Source: Vulcanimicrobiota bacterium
Lineage (GTDB): Bacteria > Vulcanimicrobiota > Xenobia > Xenobiales > Xenobiaceae
Assembly: GCA_944322965.1 (NCBI GenBank)
Contig: CALUQR010000001.1
Location: forward strand, 327,815-391,814
Reading direction: 5' to 3'
Length of the DNA stretch: 64,000 bases
The notes under the pieces were generated by a model. It saw nothing but the letters and a program-made list of their open reading frames with translations. It searched no databases and was not told the origin of the DNA. This document shows positions 59,817-64,000 of the stretch, in pieces (positions within the stretch are counted from its first letter, which is position 1; every line of letters begins with the position of its first letter). A program made the position numbers and the translations under genes.

Positions 59817-60968
59817 ATGGCAGCCATCACTCTAGCCATACGCAACGTATGGCGCAGGCGTGAGCGCAGCCTTCTCACTCTAGTGGGGGTTCTCTTAGCG
59901 GTGGGTACCTTCGTGGCCATGGTCTCTCTGGCGGAAGGTATGTACCAGCGCGTCTCGCTAGAGTTGGATGGAAGGGCTGTAGATGTCTACGTCTTGCCCA
60001 AAACGGCCGCTCCCTTGCCTACCGGTCCGGTAGGTACTATAGGTCTGACTTCCGACACGATCAACGTCGGTTGGTTGAAGCGCATCTCAGAGATCGACAA
60101 TGTGGCCGACGTCTGTCCGGTGGTGCGCTCCCAGTGGACGGGCCAGCGAGGGGTAATTATGGCCCTAGGGGTAGAGCCCGAGAAGTGGCGCCTCTTTATG
60201 CCCGCTTTGGAGACGGTCAAGGGGGACCGCGAATTGCGCCCCGGGAATGTCATCTTAGGTCAGGGGCTGGCTGAGGCGGAGAAGCTCGACGTAGGTTCGG
60301 AGATTAAGCACAGCCAGACGGTCTATACCGTCTCCGGGATCGTGCGGGCGGGGGCCGGCTTCCAGGATTACTTCGCTTATTTACCCGTCCAAGACGCTTA
60401 TGCCACTACTGACGGGCGCGGGGCTTCGGAGATCTGGATTAAGGTGCGCGACGTCCACCGGGTGCGGGAGGTTATTAGGCGCATCGAGGGCTTTAAGATC
60501 CCCGGGGTCCAAGTCCTCTCCCGCGAAGATTATTTAGGTTCCGCCAACGACTACATCCAGTACGCTTGGTACTTGCAATTCGCCATCTCCGCTATCGGGG
60601 TCTTGATCGCCATCACCGCGGCCATGAATACGATGCTCATGTCTACTTACGAGCGTATGCGCGAGTTTGCCACTTTGCGAGCTATTGGGGCCACGCGCTC
60701 TACGGTAGTCTCCATGATCGTCACCGAGTCGGTCATCCTCTCTATGAGCGGAGGCTTATTGGGCATAGTCTTTGGGGTAGTGGGCTCGGGCCTGCTCAAT
60801 AGGGCCATGGTCGTCATCTTGCAGCTCTCCTTCCCCTTGGCCTCCATTACCATATCCCTCTTAATTCAGGCGGTCTTACTCTCCCTCTTAGTAGGTTTGG
60901 TGGGGGCGGCCATCCCCTCCATTCTGGTGTGGCGCTTGCAGATTATCTCCGGTTTGAGGTGGGAGTAG
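59817..60968 (+). CDS. ABC transporter permease, FtsX/MacB/LolC-like
   Basis: An N-terminal TM helix is followed by a periplasmic domain and three C-terminal TM helices with the FtsX-family signature. Confidence 0.75.
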   Translation: MAAITLAIRNVWRRRERSLLTLVGVLLAVGTFVAMVSLAEGMYQRVSLELDGRAVDVYVLPKTAAPLPTGPVGTIGLTSDTINVGWLKRISEIDNVADVCPVVRSQWTGQRGVIMALGVEPEKWRLFMPALETVKGDRELRPGNVILGQGLAEAEKLDVGSEIKHSQTVYTVSGIVRAGAGFQDYFAYLPVQDAYATTDGRGASEIWIKVRDVHRVREVIRRIEGFKIPGVQVLSREDYLGSANDYIQYAWYLQFAISAIGVLIAITAAMNTMLMSTYERMREFATLRAIGATRSTVVSMIVTESVILSMSGGLLGIVFGVVGSGLLNRAMVVILQLSFPLASITISLLIQAVLLSLLVGLVGAAIPSILVWRLQIISGLRWE

Positions 60969-60969
60969 T

Positions 60970-61653
60970 ATGAAGGTAGAGTTACAGGGAGTCCACAAGT
61001 ATTTCACCTCCCGCAGCGGGCCGGTGAAAGTCTTAGAGAATATCAATCTGCTCATTCCCCATGGCGATTTCGTCTCTATTATGGGGCCTTCCGGTTCGGG
61101 GAAGACTACGCTCCTCAACTTGATTGGCTGCCTAGACGATCCCAGTTATGGCAAGGTGCTCTTGAGCGATCGCGATACGAGCGGGGCGGGGGAGGCTTTT
61201 AAAGAGCAGGTGCGCCTGCGTCACATCGGCTTCGTCTTCCAAAGTTACAACCTCTTGCCCACTCTGACCGTCTTAGAGAATGTGCAATTGCCCATGCAAT
61301 TGGCGGGCGGTAAGAGCTACCGGGACCAAGTGGAGCAGGCGATGACCCTCTTGCGTCTAGTCGGTTTAGATGGGCGCGCTAAGGATTCGGTAATGCGCCT
61401 CTCGGGAGGGCAGCAGCAGCGGGTAGCTATCGCCCGGGCTCTCTCCAACCTGCCCGGCCTCATCTTAGCCGACGAGCCTACGGGCAATTTAGACGAGCGC
61501 TCCAGCAAAGAGGTGATGGAAGTCTTCCGCACCATCAACGAAAATCAGCATATCACTACGGTCTTGGTGACCCACGACTCTAAAGCCGCCAGTTACGGCC
61601 GCCGCATGTTGCGCTTGGAGAATTGTCGCTTAGTAGAACAAGAGCGCCTTTAG
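60970..61653 (+). CDS. ABC transporter ATP-binding protein (LolD/MacB-type)
   Basis: GPSGSGKTT (Walker A), [15 protein letters not shown] (signature), [11 protein letters not shown] (Walker B) and TH (H-loop). Confidence 0.9.
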   Translation: MKVELQGVHKYFTSRSGPVKVLENINLLIPHGDFVSIMGPSGSGKTTLLNLIGCLDDPSYGKVLLSDRDTSGAGEAFKEQVRLRHIGFVFQSYNLLPTLTVLENVQLPMQLAGGKSYRDQVEQAMTLLRLVGLDGRAKDSVMRLSGGQQQRVAIARALSNLPGLILADEPTGNLDERSSKEVMEVFRTINENQHITTVLVTHDSKAASYGRRMLRLENCRLVEQERL

Positions 61654-61744
61654 AGCGCGCCCTAAGTTAAAGCTCCGATAAGAGCGGGGTTAAAAAGAGG
61701 AATAAGGCTCTCCATTTGCGAATTTCGGGGCGGTCTGATATTAG

Positions 61745-62272
61745 ATGGAGTTTGGCGCGCCAAGCCAGGAGGTACTTTTCTTGATCATTTGCATGCAATG
61801 CGGTCACCAGAATGAAGGCCATAATCTCAAGAATTGCCAGAATTGTGGGGCCCTACTGCCGCGTATGGATACTTCGGCCATGGTGCGCGTTGAGGAAGAG
61901 TCCGGTCAGGTTAAGCAATTCTCCGAGGCGGTAGAGAAGGTGCGCTCTGGGGAGTGGGATCAAGAGCAGTTTTATGAGTTCTTAAGCGGGGTCTTCGAGC
62001 GTTTGGGCAACTTGCGGGCGGAGATCGAGGAGATTATCGTCGAGAATAAGTACGACGAGTACGCCAACGAAGAGGTGGAGCAGGGCTTGCAGGGCATGAA
62101 CTGCTTCGAGGAGGGGATGCAAGAGATGTCCCTCTACGTAGAGGACGGCGAATTGTCCCACTTAGATACCGGTATGCAGCTCATTATCGAGGGCAACTCC
62201 CTCCTCAACGACGCTAAGCGCCTCAACCGCTCCGGACGTAAAGATTTAGAGGAACAGTGGGGCACAATGTAG
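61745..62272 (+). CDS. hypothetical zinc-ribbon protein with acidic helical C-terminal domain
   Basis: CMQCGHQNEGHNLKNCQNCG is a C4 zinc ribbon. The likely start is the ATG at 61793. Confidence 0.4.
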   Translation: MEFGAPSQEVLFLIICMQCGHQNEGHNLKNCQNCGALLPRMDTSAMVRVEEESGQVKQFSEAVEKVRSGEWDQEQFYEFLSGVFERLGNLRAEIEEIIVENKYDEYANEEVEQGLQGMNCFEEGMQEMSLYVEDGELSHLDTGMQLIIEGNSLLNDAKRLNRSGRKDLEEQWGTM

Positions 62273-63502
62273 GTGCCTAGCGGCTGGAGGTTAGCTCTAG
62301 TTGTCTTATGGTCGGCCGGCCTAGGGATCTCTCTGACGGGGCTGGCCTTTTTATTTTTTCCCATCCTCTCCCATTGGCCCCTCGGTTGGGGACTGGGGCT
62401 GGGGGCGGGGTTATGGCTCTCCCAATTGTGGTGGGGCCCGCCCCTCTTAGCTAAGCTCCTAGGGCTCTCACATCCCGACCCTAAGGCCGAGTTGATCCCC
62501 TTAGAGGGGAAGGTCCCCTTCCTCTTTTTATGGACTAAAGGGGTCGTCTATACAGAGGGGCTAGAGCTCTCCCCGGAGCGGGCCCGGGAGTTGGAACGCC
62601 AATTGGCGCCCGGCCTAGCGGGCCGGATAGGGCGCTATCTCTACCTCTCCTCTTTAGCTGGACCCTGCCTCTTGCGAGCTTTTGCCGCCGTCACCGAAGA
62701 TTACGGGCGCCTGCGTTTTGCCCAAGGGCCCCTCTGGCATTTGGGCCGCCTCTTAAGTTATATAGCCGATCTTTTAGAGGCCCCGTGGCGTTGGGGGAGG
62801 CGCCTGCCCCGGTGGTCGGGGGAATTAAAGGTTTTTATCGATAAGGAACTCTGTCAGCCCGCCCAGCGCCAGTTAGCGGCGCCCGTCTGGATGGGGGTCT
62901 TAGATCTGCTCTCGCCCCTAAGTTGGCCCGAGGTCCAGCGCGCGGCCCGCTACCGCCATTTGGGCCTTAAAGAGCCTTTATTTCCCGCCCCCCAGGCCCT
63001 GTGGGGCGCCTGGCTCCCCTGGGGGTTGGCCTTTCTCTTGGCCCTCTGGGTGATGAGCGGTCAGGGCATTTGGGGGGCGCCCGCCCTCTTTTGGGGCTTA
63101 GGGTACGTCGTAAAGATCGATAGCGAGTACCATTTGGGGGGGCAGGCGCGCACCTTAGAGGGTACTTTAGAGTGGGGGCCTTACCCCTATGAGCGCTACC
63201 TTTTGGAGGGTAAACCAATTTCTAAGGAGCGGGGCGGCGCCCTCTTAGAGTGGGGAGCTGAAGAGGGCGGGGGCCAAGTCTTACTCTCTAGCGAGTGGCC
63301 TAAGGCTTTAAGCTCTGAAGAGCGAGTGCGGGTAGAGGGCTGGTTAGACGCTAGGGATTGGCGCCTCCATCCCCTCTGGATAGAGGTTCCTTATTTAGAG
63401 CGCCGCTACAATTACTATCCGCGCTTTAAGCGCTTAATCTTCCCCTACTGGGTAGCGGGAATGGGGCTATTGTGGTCGATAATGCAAGGGTATGGGATCT
63501 AA
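62273..63502 (+). CDS. hypothetical Trp/Leu-rich membrane protein
   Basis: GTG start 1 nt after the previous stop. Multiple hydrophobic segments. No motif recognised. Confidence 0.4.
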   Translation: MPSGWRLALVVLWSAGLGISLTGLAFLFFPILSHWPLGWGLGLGAGLWLSQLWWGPPLLAKLLGLSHPDPKAELIPLEGKVPFLFLWTKGVVYTEGLELSPERARELERQLAPGLAGRIGRYLYLSSLAGPCLLRAFAAVTEDYGRLRFAQGPLWHLGRLLSYIADLLEAPWRWGRRLPRWSGELKVFIDKELCQPAQRQLAAPVWMGVLDLLSPLSWPEVQRAARYRHLGLKEPLFPAPQALWGAWLPWGLAFLLALWVMSGQGIWGAPALFWGLGYVVKIDSEYHLGGQARTLEGTLEWGPYPYERYLLEGKPISKERGGALLEWGAEEGGGQVLLSSEWPKALSSEERVRVEGWLDARDWRLHPLWIEVPYLERRYNYYPRFKRLIFPYWVAGMGLLWSIMQGYGI

Positions 63503-63505
63503 AGA

Positions 63506-64000
63506 GATGGAGAGCCAGCAAGTAATTGGAGCGCGGGGGGTAGAGTACGCCTACTCCCAACAGCCCGTCTTGGCGGGGGTCGATTTTAGCGCCTATAAGG
63601 GTCAGGTCTTTGGCCTTTTGGGGGCCAACGGGGCGGGCAAGACGACCTTAGTGCGCCTGCTCTGCGGCCAGTTGCGTCCTCTTAAGGGCGAGGTGCGGGT
63701 CTTAGGTCTAGACCCTGCGCAGCAAGGGGAGCGTTTGCGCCAGCTGATTGGGGTCATGCCCGAGCAGGCGGGCCACTATAAGCGCCTCTCCCTTGTAGAT
63801 AACTTGCTCTTTTTTGGGCGCATCTTCCAGGTCCCTAAACCTAAGGAGCGGGCCTTAGAATTATTGGAGCTAGTCGGTTTAGGCGCTAAGGCCCAGCGGC
63901 CGGTAGCTACCCTCTCTAAGGGTATGCGCCAGCGCTTAGCTTTGGCGCGGGCCCTTTTGGCTTCGCCGCAGCTCCTCTTTTTAGATGAGCCTACCGCCGG
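63506..64000 (+). CDS. ABC transporter ATP-binding protein, 3' truncated by window edge
   Basis: ATG 63506. GLLGANGAGKTTL is Walker A. The frame is open to the end of the window. It is not in the ORF track because no stop lies in the window. Confidence 0.75.

Noticed and set aside
58865-59920. 351-aa minus-strand ORF antisense to ftsZ, plus 137- and 143-aa overlapping ORFs
   Set aside because: ftsZ is unmistakable on the plus strand. Long antisense ORFs are expected at ~60% GC with stop-poor frames.

Overview
This 64-kb window is chromosomal, about 60% GC, uses the standard genetic code, and is densely coding on both strands. TA-containing codons (TTA, CTA) and the hexamer TTAGAG are unusually frequent for this GC content. 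I could not place the lineage from the sequence alone.

The core is housekeeping. Present are the dnaE 3' end, an orphan trpB, rpoB and rpoC without the usual rplKAJL genes upstream, tRNA-Pro(CGG), a convergent AddA/AddB helicase-nuclease pair, ligA, a flavodiiron protein, L-serine dehydratase, a histidine ammonia-lyase with two GNAT acetyltransferases, and a PilT-type ATPase with a long coiled-coil extension. A yggS-sepF-hemW block follows, then an M19 dipeptidase and a maf-mreB-mreC-mreD-PBP2 block followed directly by ftsZ, and a LolCDE/MacB-type ABC transporter.

Four accessory-looking, AT-rich segments stand out:
- Paralogous secreted proteins with C-terminal EF-hand calcium-binding loops at 3675-4997 and 23855-25249. 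Each sits in its own AT-rich island and each has its own U-tract or hairpin terminator; the second is preceded by an ATP-grasp ligase and a HEAT-repeat protein.
- A segment downstream of tRNA-Pro with inverted degenerate heptamer arrays, a perfect 18-bp-arm palindrome, and a Ser-rich orphan gene. A GapR/DUF2312 gene sits just upstream of the tRNA.
- An MreB homologue in the canonical mreBCD position whose ATP phosphate-binding motifs are degenerate.
- A lineage-specific Cys4 (zinc-ribbon-like) insertion in RpoB.

Transcripts appear to end at long perfect GC hairpins without U-tracts as well as at classical U-tract terminators. No CRISPR array, rRNA, transposase or integrase is visible.
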